Shown here piece by piece: positions 31,801 to 44,558 of a DNA stretch of 64,000 nt (its first letter is position 1; each line of letters opens with the position of its first letter). The notes beneath the pieces were generated by a model. That model was not told the origin of the DNA, searched no databases, and was given only the letters and a program-made list of their open reading frames with translations. The DNA comes from a virus (taxonomy: Duplodnaviria; Caudoviricetes): positions 1 through 64,000 of the IMG/VR virus record IMGVR_UViG_3300013383_000027. One strand, written 5' to 3'. Both the position numbers and the translations under genes were made by a program.

Positions 31801-34715
31801 TTCCCCGTGTACTGAACCCTGAAGTCTGTTCCATCAACGATCTTCCTTCCGATATCAGACGGTCTGAACACATAGTCGGAATGTATGATTGGAGTCTTCC
31901 GTCTGTGATATGTTGCGGTGCGGATGTGCAGTGTTCCGTCTTCAAGAACCTTCGTAGAAGCAACACCAAGAGTCTGTTTATCGCAGAAATACCCAGCGAA
32001 AAGGTATCCCGAGCCAACATCTATCCTCGTCGTGTTGGAGTCCTTGTCGACGCCAAGCTGGTATTTCCTCCGCATTTCCGACGGGCTGTAGTCGAAATAC
32101 TGCCCCGAGACGAGCACAAGGTGTATTGAGTCACGATACCCGGAACGCACAACATTTCCGTCGGAGTCCGTCACGTCGTCCTGTACGCTTGCCACGGCAA
32201 CCCTTCGCGTCGAGTCGAACTCGAAGTCGTAGAACCTTATCAACCTGTCGTTGTTTTGGTCGTTGTAGTTTCCAAGAAGCCATTTCCCGAGAAGCGAATT
32301 TACCTTGCCGTTTGTATCGTTGTCCTTCTCGACGTTGACCTGCGGATACGCTCCAGAATATGCCGGGAATGCAAACGGATGGTGTGCAACCCTCATCCAA
32401 AGCTCCCCCGGAGTCTCCAGCTTCTACGAATACGTCTCGTCTTGTTGGACACTCTTGACGATCATTATGCTGTTGCCGTAGGCGTCGAGACCGTACTTGA
32501 ACACATCGAACACATTCTCGTCGTCTCCTCGTTCTGAGGTGATTTCAAGAATCCTGTCCCCGTACTGGTCGAGCTGCTTCGCTATGCGATAAAGCTCCTC
32601 GTCCGTCAGAGAGAGATGGGAGTAGTATCTCTCGAAGTACCCGAAACCACCCTCTCCACGGCTCCTGACGTCATCAATGAAGTTCCTCTTGTCCCTTGCG
32701 AAGTCCTCTACGGCCGGAGGATAGAACATTCCGTCATAGTCGATACACCCGTTCACCTTACCGACGTCATCCGCAAGCACATGTGAACTTTTCTCGTATC
32801 TCGACATCCATCCACTATAATCCCTAACGTTGTGAAGCCACACGTCGACGCTGTTCCCGTTCGGTCCGATGTGCCTGTCGACAAGTCCCTTCGCTATGTC
32901 GTCCTCGAGGTTCTCGTTCGCGTCGTTGTAGAACGCGTTGACTATCGGGTATGCAAGCTGCGAACTCTCGATGAACTTCCTGAGATAGGGATGAACTTGG
33001 TATGAAGGATGTGCGACATTCTTGTAGTTCGCGTACGGCTGGTATCCGACGTCCTGCCCGTTGAACTTCAGAAACAACTGCTCTGTTCTGGCGTTCGCCT
33101 CGTTGTTCTCTGAACTCAGGATCTGCGGCTCACCGGTGTCCTTTGATGTGAATGAAACACTTGCTCCGAGATCGTATATGACGGTAAGGAAATCGTCTAG
33201 ATCCGTCTTTCCGTCACCAACATTCAGTGTGTCAAGATAGTACTTCTCTATTTCGCTTGCCGAAAAAGCAAATCCCGAATTGCCCAAGAAGCCAGAACCA
33301 ACCTCCTCCCAGAACCTCTGGTTTGTCGTGTCCCCACTCAACGCAACGCCGTCCGTCTGTGTCTTGATGTTAAAATACTCCGTCGTGTCGTCATACTCAA
33401 CAACCTGTATGTTCTCAGAGTCGAAGTTTCTGAGTGTGGAAAGTTCAGGATATCGTAACGCGACATTCTTGACGAGATACTCGTTTATGATGTAGGAGAG
33501 TAGCGTGAATGTTCCACGCATGTGGTATCTCTGAGCCTCTGTCTTTAAACGTTCTCGTATCTCCGAAATCGCGATGCAGATGTCCTTCAAGATTTTTGAC
33601 GTTTGAACGACATACTCGTCGTGGTATGTCCCGTCCCTGGTAAGTAGCTCGACCGTCGGAGAGCTTATCTCGATGTAGTTCCTGTCGACGTCGTATACGC
33701 TGGCATCATTCAACAGTCCAGCCTGCTTGTCTATAAACGAGGAATATTCGGATTGTATGAAGTCGAAGTACTCCTTGACTTTCTGCTCCCTGTAGTAGGA
33801 GTATCGCGTCTGTAGCTTGTTTGCGTCCGTATCGTTCTCAGACCGGGAGTTCACGATCTTATACTCATCCCTGAAGACGGAGCTTCTCTTCTCGAACTCT
33901 ATGTCTAGAATCGTGCGCCTGATTCCCGTATAGTTGTCAAGGAAATCATCCCCTTTGTCTATGTCGTCAGCTATCCTCTGGTTCGAGAATCCCGTTATCC
34001 CATGCTTTAACTTAAGCTGTCGTATCCGCTCGTCGTACGTCTCGTATTTCGTTATCCCGGTATCGTTCTCATATACCAGCTCGCCAGAAATCTGCGACAT
34101 CACGCTGACTTTGTCATATGGATACTGGTACATCATCTTCGTCATCGAGTCGAGAAGACCGTAGAACGCATCCTGTATGTATTTCTCGTACTTCTCGTTA
34201 TCGACACGGTACGAGAATCCAGGAGATGGTCGTTCTTTCCCATCGAACCCAGAAAGCTAGTTCGCAACATCGTCATTTTCCGTGGAGACGAAAAAACCAT
34301 CCATTCCGCTCAAGGTCTAGGATGACACGAACTCACGGTCAACATAGAACCTCCTGTTGACAGAGAATATGTCTATGAGATCCAGAACCTCCTGCGGACA
34401 TGTCTAGATTTGATCGAGGATTGCGTACTTAACACCAATCATCTTCGCTATTGACCTGAGAGCCTTAATGCCACATGTGTCTATGTTCGACACGTTGTCA
34501 ATGTAGTTCAGGACGTTCTGGTACACCGTATCCCCGACGATGTCACCTATCGCGGAAAGCGTCTCCCACACGTACGTCTCGTTCGTCCTGTTTCCTGACT
34601 TAAGGGAATCGTATCCCCTCCTGAAGTTCCTGTTGCCGACGAACGAAGCGAGCGTATCGACGTAATTGAAGTCGTTCGAGTTCTTCCTGATCTTGTCCCA
34701 GTTTACGCTTCCCAT
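28860..34715 (-). CDS. Large baseplate wedge protein, T4 gp7-like by position (~1951 aa); 12 in-frame TAG
   Basis: Seven track fragments share one frame broken only by TAG. It directly follows the gp6-like gene. N-terminal NIDTCGIKALRSIAKMIG segment. Confidence 0.75.
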
Positions 34716-34725
34716 TTTCCGATCC

Positions 34726-36645
34726 TTAGTACTGCACCTGGTTCAATGTGGTGATGGACTTCTTGATAACCTTCACGTTCACGTCACCATAGAAATTCGG
34801 GAACTGAAACGGCTCGAGGCTCTTCGATGTGTTTGACACCTCCATGTCATCACCTTGATCGACGAATCCACCAGACCATGTTGCGAAGCACAGACCGTTG
34901 CGTACGACCTGCGAATACTCGTCGTCAGACGAGCGGTATACCGTGCGAATCCTACTGACACCGTTGATTGCGTAAATTTTCGCCATCATATCGTTGTAGT
35001 CGACCGTCTACCCGAGCCTGAAGTTCCCCTCGTCGAAGAACTCCCTGATGATTTTTCTGACGTTGGACTGTATCTGAGAATTCACAAACAGTGCGTTAGA
35101 GTCCATCGTTATCTCGACATACGAACTGTCGAAGGGGTTCGTTCCATCTTCGGTAATTCCTTGCTCGACGAACCTCGCAACGATGTCGTCAGATGCCGCA
35201 CACAGCGCAAAGTTGACCGTTATCGGAGGAAGAATGACTGGGTCTGCGGTAATTGTCTTCAGTGCGTCGAACTCGTCGAGCCAACTGTCTGTGTTCGTCA
35301 GGTCGCCGTATGTCTTGACCCAGAGATAGACGTTATTCGAGTCTGAGGCGTCGGACATCCTGTATCCATAGCGTGACATCATGTTCTGGTTGAGATAATA
35401 CCTTCCATTGCCGTGCTTCTGCTTGCCGATGTCGTAAAGCCACTTGTAGAAGGTGGCAAGGTACTCGGAGTTCCCCATACATCTGACATCGATTATGTCT
35501 CCCCTGTGCGAGGAGTTCCTGAGGTAGTACTCATAGTCTCCCTTCGTGACGAGCCTTCCACCAGTCTTGAACCATATCGGGGCGTTTTCGCGTATCTCAT
35601 CTACCGTCTCCTCCTCTTTCGGCTGCGTAGCAATCGAGACGCTTCCAACCGACGCACCATTTGTCTGGTCATATATGAGGTCTTCGTCCTGCCCTTCAGA
35701 TGCGAACCCAGGAATCGAGTCGTAGAGCTCGTCCGTTATTCCGAACATGCTGGCGTCATGCCGCAACTTCAGGTCCTGGAGGTCGTCAATTCCTACCTGG
35801 ATGTCAGAACCGTTTGACTCAAGGTAGAAGATGTAGACGAGATCCCCCTCGTCAAGCTTCGTGCAGCACGTACCGTCTCCGAACTTGATCTCGTAGTTCT
35901 TCTCCTAGTTCAACCTAATATTGTATACGGCGTCGTTTCCAGTGTATATGGACGGATTCTCGATATCCGTGTTCTTGAATAGGTTGTTGTGTGTAGCCGC
36001 AAACGGAACCAGCGTGTCCTTCCCAACCTTTTTCACGTAGACGTCGACGAAGCTGTCGGAAACGAACTTTCCGTTCTCCGAGTCTGAACCGATGTTGAGT
36101 GTAAATGTCTCGAAATTGTACCCGGAAGCTGTGAAAACAGTCGGATACAGCTTCCACTTCCCATTGTATGCAACGAAATCAAACTCCTGCTCGTCATTCA
36201 CGGTGAGAGACTTTTTCCCGGTCGAGAAGTTTATCTCATTTCCGTCCGAATCGTACATTCCGGTGGAAATCAGCGTATACGGCTTAATCCTACAACCCCT
36301 GAACGAGGATGACATAACATCACCAACGGCATCCATGGTTTCGTTGCTGAAGGAAAGCCTTATTTCGGACGGATTCATCCCCCTCGGATTGTACCCTATC
36401 ATCGAGACGAGCCTGTTTATGTTCTCGTAGACCTGTGTGTCCTTGAACATCGACTCTGATGCGGCGTTGTTCAGCTGGTAGACGAGACACTGGTACATGT
36501 ATGCTACAAGATCTATTAGAACGTTTATGTTCGACCCCTCGTAGATCTGATCCGTGAACCTGCTGTCCTCGGACAGCTTCCGGATTATCAACTCCTTTAT
36601 TGAATATGGTGAAAACCTTACGAAATCTGTACTTTGACCTGCCAT
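34726..36645 (-). CDS. Baseplate wedge subunit, T4 gp6-like (639 aa); 2 in-frame TAG
   Basis: FTDQIYEGSNINVLIDLVAY, YEIKFGDG, RLVTKGDYEY. Three fragments join via TAG at 35905 and 35008. The length matches gp6. Confidence 0.9.
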
Positions 36646-36666
36646 TGCCGACTTTCCACTTTCAGA

Positions 36667-36725
36667 TATTTACGAAAAATTTAACAAGAAAGATGCCAGG
36701 TCTTCAGCACGACACAGAGTTCACA
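36667..36725 (-). repeat. Hairpin repeat cassette copy 2 (degenerate arm) plus GTAAATA
   Basis: tatttac...aagaaag ATGCCAGG tcttcag CACGACAC agagttcac. Confidence 0.8.
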
Positions 36726-36734
36726 TTTTAGATC

Positions 36735-38792
36735 TCAGTCATTGACTTTGCTAACTTTGTTTGTAGCCTGGTTTTCTATGGTAGCCTTGTTTGACATGGC
36801 ATCGTTCTGAAACTTCAATATAAGTGCAATGTTGTTTTTGTTCTCCAGTTCAAGCAGCATAGATTTGGCTGCAGCATCCTCGGAAAAGGACCCTCCAAGA
36901 TCTTTCAACGAACTCACAAATCCATTTCCAAACGAACTATACATATCATCCTTGGCTTTCTCGATTTCCTGTGACGATTTCTCGCGTTCCGCAAGTATTT
37001 TTTCGTTATTCTTCGCCGTCTCAAGATCTTTCTTCTCTTTTTCAGCTTTGATTTTTTCTGTCATTGCTTTTTTTATCTGTTCTGGGCACTGAACTGTTGG
37101 AAATGAAGTAAACAACTGGCTTATCTAACCACCATAACCCATAGATGCAACCTACATCTGCGCCGCCATTTCTTTGAGTTTCTTCTTCCCAGCCTCATAC
37201 ATCACCTATGGCATTGTCTTCATCAACGAAAATATCTTTGGCATTAACTCGATTGCCGTATCTAAAAGATTTAATGGATACGGAAGTGGTAATTCTCCGC
37301 CGGTTACCGCTGACCAAAGATTTTTTACAATAGAAATCAATGCATTAATCATGTTGAATATAAGCTAAACGAGCAAAGTTGGCAACATCATCATAAGAAG
37401 ATTGATGGTCTGCATCATTGACGAAAGGGACTATTTCCATGTATCTGGAATCTAAGCCTTATCCTTCCACTTTTCTATCAACTTCTTCTAGTCGTCCGTC
37501 AACGTAGAAGTATCTGAACTTTTACTTGACATCATCTTTAATATATCTGATATTGGCGATGCAACCGGAGGAAGTGGCAACTTTAATTTCGTAACGCCAT
37601 CAAACACAGGATCCATCATTGATTGCAATTTTTGAAGTACTGAGTCCACATCACCCTTTATATCCAACGACGGAATATTACGCAAAAAACCAGTTACAAC
37701 AAGAAACAATATGCTTTCAAGTTTATCAAAATCCTTCATTAAATCTTGTGGCAGTTTGGCAAATTTCTTGGCGGCATCTTCAAGCATCTGGAAATTCTTC
37801 AACTTATCAAGTGAAGATACATCCATTTCTTGCACTTCAATTTGTTTTTTGCAAGCTTTTAAGACTTTCTCATTCATCTTCTCAGCCATCGAAGCTGCCT
37901 TATTAAGCGATTTTTCATATGATGAACATATCTATCTAAAAGCAGCCTAAACATTTTGAAGGAATTGTTTTTGAATCCCCTGTATCTGCTTCTGCATGGA
38001 TTTCATCTACGCCTGGTTTTTTGCAACCTCATCCAATGTTCCTCCGGATTTGTTAAGGTTGTTAATCTTCGCCGCTATCTCACATGCTTCTGTATCAACA
38101 TCCTTGAATTCATCTGAACTTTCTATTGTCGCAAACAACGACTCTGTCACAGCCCCGGTAGAATACACTATCGGAGGTGTTGATGTATCTGATGTAGCCT
38201 TCCCATATTCTGTTATATGAACAGAACTCCATTTAATCAACACACCACCGTCATTACTACCTTCAAGCTGATAATTGTAATACGGATATTTTTTATCGGC
38301 ATATTCATTTACACGTTCAATAAACTTGGAAATATCCTAGTTTATCTGTTTCTTTGTGTCTCCAAATTTTTTCTATAACTCCTCCAGTGTAATATTCGAA
38401 CTGTCTCCACCTGGGGTCAGCTGTTTAACAAGATAATCATATATTGTAACCTAAAGCTTTGTCGTTATATCGGCGTTTTTCTCGACTTCTGCTACAACAT
38501 CTTTTGCCGTAAGCATTTCAAGTTGTTTTTGTAGGTACTTTTTCTGTGCTTCAAGATTTCCGTCATAGTTCTTGGAACATGCGTCTGTTGCCATTTTGGT
38601 CAACATGTCAGCAAGAACCTTTTTGTTCTCTTCTGTTTCAAGGATAGGACCACCGCCGGACTTCACCATTGTGTTTATCCGGTTTTGCATCTGTTCGATA
38701 TTCTTCTGTGTCGCCCCATACTTCCGTCTAAAATCGTTCTTGGCTTTTTCTTTGCTGAGATTTGCTTTTACCTATGCTTTCGTAAGTGCCAT
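36735..38792 (-). CDS. Alpha-helical hypothetical protein (685 aa) between gp5-like and gp6-like genes; 14 in-frame TAG
   Basis: The frame is open from ATG 38792 (GGAGG RBS) to TGA 36735 except for 14 TAG. It contains hydrophobic amphipathic stretches. Confidence 0.75.
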
Positions 38793-38857
38793 TGTTTCCT
38801 CCAAAAATATTTTATTTCGCTTACCAAAAAAGGGACCATTTTCAGTAGTTGCCAGCT

Positions 38858-39625
38858 TCAAACACAGTGCAGACCATTAGGAAGCGATACTGCCGTTATA
38901 TAACCATCCGGAACATCCATTGTTACTGTATCACTGATTATTGTTACACCATTTTGACCGGTCTTACTTATACTGCTCTTTTTTGACGTGTTATCCTTTG
39001 TGTTGAATGTTATATATGGCGATGAAAACTTCATCTGTTTTGATGCATCGACCGTAAATGTCTCCGTCTCAAGCATGATGCTCTTCGTACCATATATCTA
39101 GACACAACCATTCTCGTCCATTTCAATCTACGCAATCCTCTCTTCATTTGTCTTTGTGTCTTTACAATGGTTCTTTATGGTGACATGCCCAAGCTCCGAA
39201 ATCATAACCGTACTGTTTCCGCATGTTATTTTGTGTACATATGCACCACCACTTGGACCGACCAGGTCGTCTTTTGTCGGGAGTTTTTGTTCACATGTGG
39301 CAAACTATCCGGCCGAATTTGTAGTACCTGGGCACGCCGCAAAGTACACCGGGAAATTTGGATCTCCATTCTGAAAAAAACACCAGACAACAGAACCTTC
39401 GTTTGGATACGAAAACATACCATTTCCGTCATTGCATCCACCGAATAAAGGAGAAGCTTGCTCACAATCTGGAAGATTTGTCGCCTTGTCCAAGTTATTG
39501 AATTCTTCGGGATATACGCCAGGAATAAATACTTTTAAAAATCCCTTTCCGTTTTTAGATCTGGCAAGAACCTTTCCACGATAAAACCCAATGAGCTTAT
39601 TCCCCGTCGTTGTGTTCTGAGTCAT
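38858..39625 (-). CDS. Baseplate spike, gp5/VgrG-like N-terminal OB-fold protein without a lysozyme domain (255 aa); 3 in-frame TAG
   Basis: FYRGKVL...LKVFIPGV...PNEGSVVWCFFQNGDPNFPVYF, followed by short beta-repeat-like segments. Confidence 0.85.
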
Positions 39626-39637
39626 TTCTCACCCCCC

Positions 39638-40213
39638 TCACTGATGCGTATTCACCACAAGTGTCTTCCTGAACCTTATATCTTCAAGACCCCGTATCTG
39701 ATAGTATATCTCAAGCCGTACCGTGTTCTCCTCGGTGTCATCCGTGCTCGACGCATTTGAAACCCGTACATTGATGACCCTTGGCTCGCACCTCTGTATC
39801 GAGTTCCTGATGTCGGCCACTATCCTCTCTTCCGTCAGATCCGTTATACCCTCATACAGGAGGGTGTAAATTCCGGTCCCGAACTCCGGATCAAGTACCC
39901 TTTCTCCCGGGATCCACGAGAAAATGTTGTCTATTGCGTTCTGCACAGCCCTTACGTTAACCGACTTGTCTATTGCATAGTTGGACTTGGACAGACCATC
40001 CCTGTACCACGCCGTCTGGACCTGAAGCGAGTTGTACCGCTCGTCTGTCAGCTCGCTCCCATCGTAGTCTCCAAGCACGTGAAACGGGTATGCTTCTTGT
40101 TTCGACACTTTCCTTGACGGCTTCGACGTCATATTAAGATCTGTGTAGACCTCACTGTTCTGCCGTTCGAGAAATGTCTTCTTCCTACCAAGCTGAATTA
40201 CTCTGTTTGACAT
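39638..40213 (-). CDS. Baseplate wedge protein, T4 gp25-like
   Basis: AVQNAIDNIFSWIPGERVLDPEFGTGIYTLLYE. Confidence 0.9.
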   Translation of the reverse strand: MSNRVIQLGRKKTFLERQNSEVYTDLNMTSKPSRKVSKQEAYPFHVLGDYDGSELTDERYNSLQVQTAWYRDGLSKSNYAIDKSVNVRAVQNAIDNIFSWIPGERVLDPEFGTGIYTLLYEGITDLTEERIVADIRNSIQRCEPRVINVRVSNASSTDDTEENTVRLEIYYQIRGLEDIRFRKTLVVNTHQ

Positions 40214-40225
40214 GACTTACCGGAA

Positions 40226-40261
40226 TATTTACGGAAAATGCCCAGGTTAACCTGGGCATTT
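40226..40261 (-). terminator. Palindromic terminator (variant of the repeat stem) fused to a GTAAATA late-promoter motif
   Basis: AAATGCCCAGG ttaa CCTGGGCATTT with T-runs on both strands. GTAAATA at 40226-40232. Confidence 0.75.
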
Positions 40262-40284
40262 CAATTTTGTGCCGTCTACACATC

Positions 40285-41001
40285 TCACAGTCCGGAGATG
40301 AGCGCCTTCATCTCTGATGATGTGTCCGAACCAACATAGAAACAAACGGTTATATCGGCATATGTCGCTTTCAGGGACTGATTCTTGATTTTCGAAATCA
40401 CATTGGTCTTGTACGTGATAGCATCATCCTTAGTCCCGCTCCAGTTCATGACGTTTATCATCTTTAGGGACGGAATGTTCCTGAACGCAGTCTTTTCGAA
40501 TGCCGTGGAAGTGAGGTTCTGGGAAAGCGTAATCTTCGCAAGCGCAGTGCAGTTCACGATGGTACCAACACCTTCGAATTCGGTGATGTTCCTTATGTCA
40601 AGTTCCGTCAATTCTGGACAGTTGCGGATCGCATCCTTGCCGAGTGCTGTAAGGCTCGTGACAGGCGAAAGATCTATTTTCGTTATCGCGGTCAGCCCTT
40701 TAAAAGTGCATATCGCCGGAGTCCACGTCGAATCGCCCATGAATTCAATCGACTTGAGGCTCGTGCAGTCCTGGAATGTGCTCGTTCCTCCGATCCTCTT
40801 GACGGTCGCCGGAATCGTGACGCTTTCGAGTTTCGCGCATCCGCAGAAGCAGTACTCCACGAGACTTGCGACGCCTTTTCCGATTTCAACCGCCTTGAGG
40901 ATGGCGGCGGAAGCAGGGACGGTCTTCGCCCCGAACCCAATCTCGTCTATCGTATCGGTGACATGTTTGGAATTATTTACTTTCGTCGCATTCCGAAGCA
41001 A
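40285..41001 (-). CDS. BspA-type leucine-rich-repeat protein (start uncertain)
   Basis: CFCGCAKLESVTIP, TFQDCTSLKSIEF, AIRNCPELTELDI, IVNCTALAKITL. Confidence 0.75.
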   Translation of the reverse strand: MLRNATKVNNSKHVTDTIDEIGFGAKTVPASAAILKAVEIGKGVASLVEYCFCGCAKLESVTIPATVKRIGGTSTFQDCTSLKSIEFMGDSTWTPAICTFKGLTAITKIDLSPVTSLTALGKDAIRNCPELTELDIRNITEFEGVGTIVNCTALAKITLSQNLTSTAFEKTAFRNIPSLKMINVMNWSGTKDDAITYKTNVISKIKNQSLKATYADITVCFYVGSDTSSEMKALISGL

Positions 41002-41110
41002 GCCTCTCGACGACCTTGCGGGTGAGGATCTTCTTCAGGATCTTCCCTGCGTCGTCCTTCTTACCCTCGCCTATCTTCCGTATCAATTCCTTGATGTCCT
41101 CGTTCTTCAT
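40973..41110 (-). CDS. Small helical protein (45 aa)
   Basis: MKNEDIKELIRKIGEGKKDDAGKILKKILTRKVVERLASECDESK-TAA. ATGA overlap with the upstream gene. Below the track's length cutoff. Confidence 0.6.
   Translation of the reverse strand: MKNEDIKELIRKIGEGKKDDAGKILKKILTRKVVERLASECDESK
40974..40980 (-). promoter_or_regulatory. GTAAATA late-promoter motif
   Basis: Exact match to the motif seen 13 times on the minus strand at gene boundaries. Confidence 0.5.
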
Positions 41111-41793
41111 TTGTTCTCAGCCCTGTCAAATATGAGGTTGTAGCCGATTTTGAACCCAACCCTCGGCTTCTGGGTTCCGGACTTGCCCTTCGTCACGTTT
41201 CCGCTTTTGTCTGTCTTGTCCTGCCTGTCGGTGAAATACTGAACCTGAGCCTTAAGTTCCATGTTCTGGATTTTGTACTTGCTTATCTTCACGGCTCGTC
41301 CGTTGTAGTCCGGAATGAAGGTGTCAATGTCGTCAACCCCTATGCCGTCGAACGACTTTTCGCCGGAAAACCACCTGAAGTACTCCTTTATGCCCTCGTA
41401 AGACCTTTCCCTAAGGAGCTTGAGACCTTCCTTGTTGAACTCGCTGATCCTCTCCATTATCTTCTCGGGTTCCTTTATCCCGGAGATGTCTGCGGTCTTG
41501 AAATCCGTGAACTCGAGCACGATTCCAAGCTCGTAATGCCCGGTTCCCCTGAAGAACTTCGCACTAGCCTTCTTCAGGATCTTGTCTGCAACCGAATTGC
41601 CATCATCTGACACTCCGGTATTGATTATGGTCGCTCCGATTTCGCTGTCGTTGAACTGTATTCCAAGCTTCTTAGCCGCGTTTTGAGCAGCAGCGACGTG
41701 AAGATTCAGGAAAATCTGCTCGGATGACGTCTCGAAGCACGGCTTTGTGTCCGCGCTCTATATGTTGGTGTCCGTCTTGATGTTGTCAGCCAT
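41107..41793 (-). CDS. Hypothetical protein (228 aa); 1 in-frame TAG
   Basis: MADNIKTDTNI*SADTKPCF... continues in frame into track ORF 41107-41613. ATG lies 6 nt after GTAAATA. Confidence 0.75.
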
Positions 41794-41799
41794 TTCAAA

Positions 41800-41857
41800 T
41801 ATTTACAGAAAACTTGACGAGAAAGATGCCAGGTCTTTAGCCTGGCATAGAGTTCAC
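41800..41857 (-). repeat. Hairpin repeat cassette copy 3 plus GTAAATA
   Basis: tatttacagaaaacttgacgagaaag ATGCCAGG tctttag CCTGGCAT agagttcac. Confidence 0.9.
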
Positions 41858-41864
41858 CTTCCTG

Positions 41865-44552
41865 TCAAGACTTGTATGCGCTGTCGTTGGCGGTTGCAAC
41901 AACAGTACCGTCGCTTCTCCTGATCTCCTTGTTCGGGTTGTCAGACATCCTCTTGAGCTTCTTGTTGGGGACGATGTATAGATCCTTCCGGTCTCCTGGA
42001 TTCCTCTCCTGTTCGGAACCGTCCTGTTTTGCGTCACCGGTTTTGTCGGCATCGTTCTCCATGGTGAACGGATCCGGGAGAATGAGTACAAACGTCATCG
42101 TGTATGAGTCACCGACCGGGATTTCCTCCGGCTGGTTGACCTCGTTCTCGCCGATGTCGAACGGCTTGACCCATGCGTCAATGAGTGTCTCGACCCTCTT
42201 GTTCCTGCTCCTGTCGCGGTTGTATCCGAGCGAAACCTCGAAGAGCTCGCCTGGTCTGCCCTTCCTGTTAGTCGGATTGCACTGGAGGACCGAGACCGCA
42301 TCGTCGTGGTTTCCGAAAGTCCTGTCGAAAACACCCTCGACGACATCCGTGGTGAAGAACCTGTTACCCTGCGTACCCCTGAACTCGGTTCCGTCAAGAT
42401 CCCGCTTGGCGATGACTATCGCGGCATACTTCTTCGCGAGAATGGCATCATGCTAATCCTTTCCGCCAATCTGGTGGGCGGTCATGTAGTCGACGACGCG
42501 CTGTGACGTCGTGACTGCCGCATACGGGGAGGCTTGCCACATCTCGTCTCCAGTTCCCTCCCTTGCCGCCTGAATCAGGTTGTTCCTGATTTCGGTGTTG
42601 TATGCAATGATTTCGTTCGGGATGTCGCCAGTGTGCTGGCTCTGGACTCCTGGTGCCAGTGTAGACGAACCCTCTATGACGCTCCGGACGACTTCGCGTA
42701 TCTGCTCCTCCTCGTTCGTCTTCTCGTCGCCGGTGAAGTACGTGCCAATTCTCATGTTGAGGCTCACGCTTCCGACGTCAAGCGACCTCTCCTTTATCGT
42801 GTCATAGATGGCGTTCTGGAACACCTTCAGACACTTTGGCTTGAGCTCCTTCTGAGTCTTCTTCAGGAGCTTCATCTTCTCAACCTGCGCGTCCACGACC
42901 TTCCGAACCTTTGCATCGTCATCCTTGTTGCCGGTGATGTTCGCATCTCCTAGCTTCATCTGCTCCGCCGTGGGTTCCGGAGTGTCGACCGAACCATGTT
43001 CGGCATCGGTCTCGTCAAGACCGAGTTCCTCAAGAAGAAGCCTGCAGATGACATTGAAAACCATTTCCTGTTCCGATTCGTTGAGTTTCCCACCATTGAC
43101 CCTCCGCTTCACGGCGAAATGGTAGACGACCTTGCCCTCCCTCTCAAGGTCGAACGCAAGCTTTGAATCGTTGAGATTCTTGAACTCGTCACTTTTGACA
43201 TAATCCTCCGTCTTAGATACCTCAGGAGCCGCGACATCCATCCCAGAGAACTCCTTGTCAACCTGCTCCTTCAACTTCTCGACAACCGTCTTCAGAGTAT
43301 CCTAGACGTTTTTTTCATCGTCAGCATTGTTATCACCACTTTCCGCGCTGTCACCTTCAGCTTCCTTCAGGCTCTTGGATTTCTTCTTGGCGTCCCCACC
43401 CGTTGTCTTTTGGTCATATGATGACGTGTACTTGTCGTTGTCGTCGCAGTTCTCTATCTTGATGACCTCCTTCGGGTCGACCTTATTCCAATCGACACCC
43501 TTATTCTCAGCGGTTCCAAACGCATCTGTACAAATCTGCGCAATCATCTTCTGTCCGTATTTCGGGTAGTTGGGGTCCCGACTGTCGACCATTATGGAGA
43601 CCGAATACTCGGACTTGTCTATCTCCGATTTGTACTGCGGTGTGTTCTTTCCACGACGATTCAGGAACGTATTGAGTTCTCCCCTCTCCCAGACCTTCAC
43701 GTGAACGTCTGAATTTGGATACCTCTTGTCAAATATGTTTCTGATATTGTCAGGGGCTGTCTCAACATTTATGTCGTGTTTCCCGACGAGCTGCTTCCAT
43801 TGTTCCTTGTCAAAAATCTTCCCTATATTCACGGGTTTTCCGTAGACGGTAACCTTAATGCTCTTGAGGTCCGACCACACATCGTCGAACCATCCGCGCT
43901 TGCGCCCCCCAAACGAGTTGCTTACCGCTCCGTTCTTATTGTCGTCTGAAATATCGAACTTGTACTTTACGGAATAGCCTATCGTTTTGTCGCTTGTCCC
44001 GATATCGCCGGAATCGTCCTGCGTCTCTTCATTTCCCTCTGCGCCAACCATCGGCTCTGTCGCCACGTTATCTTCCGTTTTTTCATTGGTCTCATCTTCA
44101 AACAACAAATTCAAGAACCCACGGTTCATGAACTATGCGTAGGACTCTGACGCCTGGGTTGTTTCGGTCTCCGTACCTTTTTGTTCTTGTTTCTCTGATA
44201 TTTCCCGACTGTTCTGTGAGGTTTCGTCCCCCTCGTCACCGCCTCGGGCATCCAAGATTGGAAGAAGCATCTCCCCCTTGACGTACTGGGCTTCATCCCC
44301 TCCAACAAAATATGTGGTGTATTCCCTGACCGCATCAAGAAACACAGATTTCTGCGGCACGTTTTCCTCGTCCTTCGCCTTCATCACGATTTGGTATTCA
44401 TTATTCTTCGTGTAGATGAGAGCGTTGGCGTCATCGTTGATCATCAGATTATCGATGATGACGTCTGGCGCCTTGCCCGACGCCCGTTCCTTCGCAACCT
44501 TGTCAAGTTGGAGGATTATGTTTGGAAAACTTACTGAAACATCCTTTGACAT
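41865..44552 (-). CDS. Large acidic hypothetical protein (895 aa); 3 in-frame TAG
   Basis: Track ORFs 44133-44552, 43302-44129, 42453-43274 and 41865-42098 share one frame broken only by TAG at 44133, 43302 and 42453. Confidence 0.75.
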
Positions 44553-44558
44553 CCGACA

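Noticed and set aside
40692-40964. ATG at 40964 just after GTAAATA as the start of the LRR gene
   Set aside because: That ATG is out of frame with the LRR repeats and gives a low-complexity Ser/Arg product. The LRR start is left uncertain.
42180-42240. NKRVE resembling the OmpA-domain NRRVE motif in the 895-aa protein
   Set aside because: The rest of the OmpA signature was not recognisable. A single short match is not enough.
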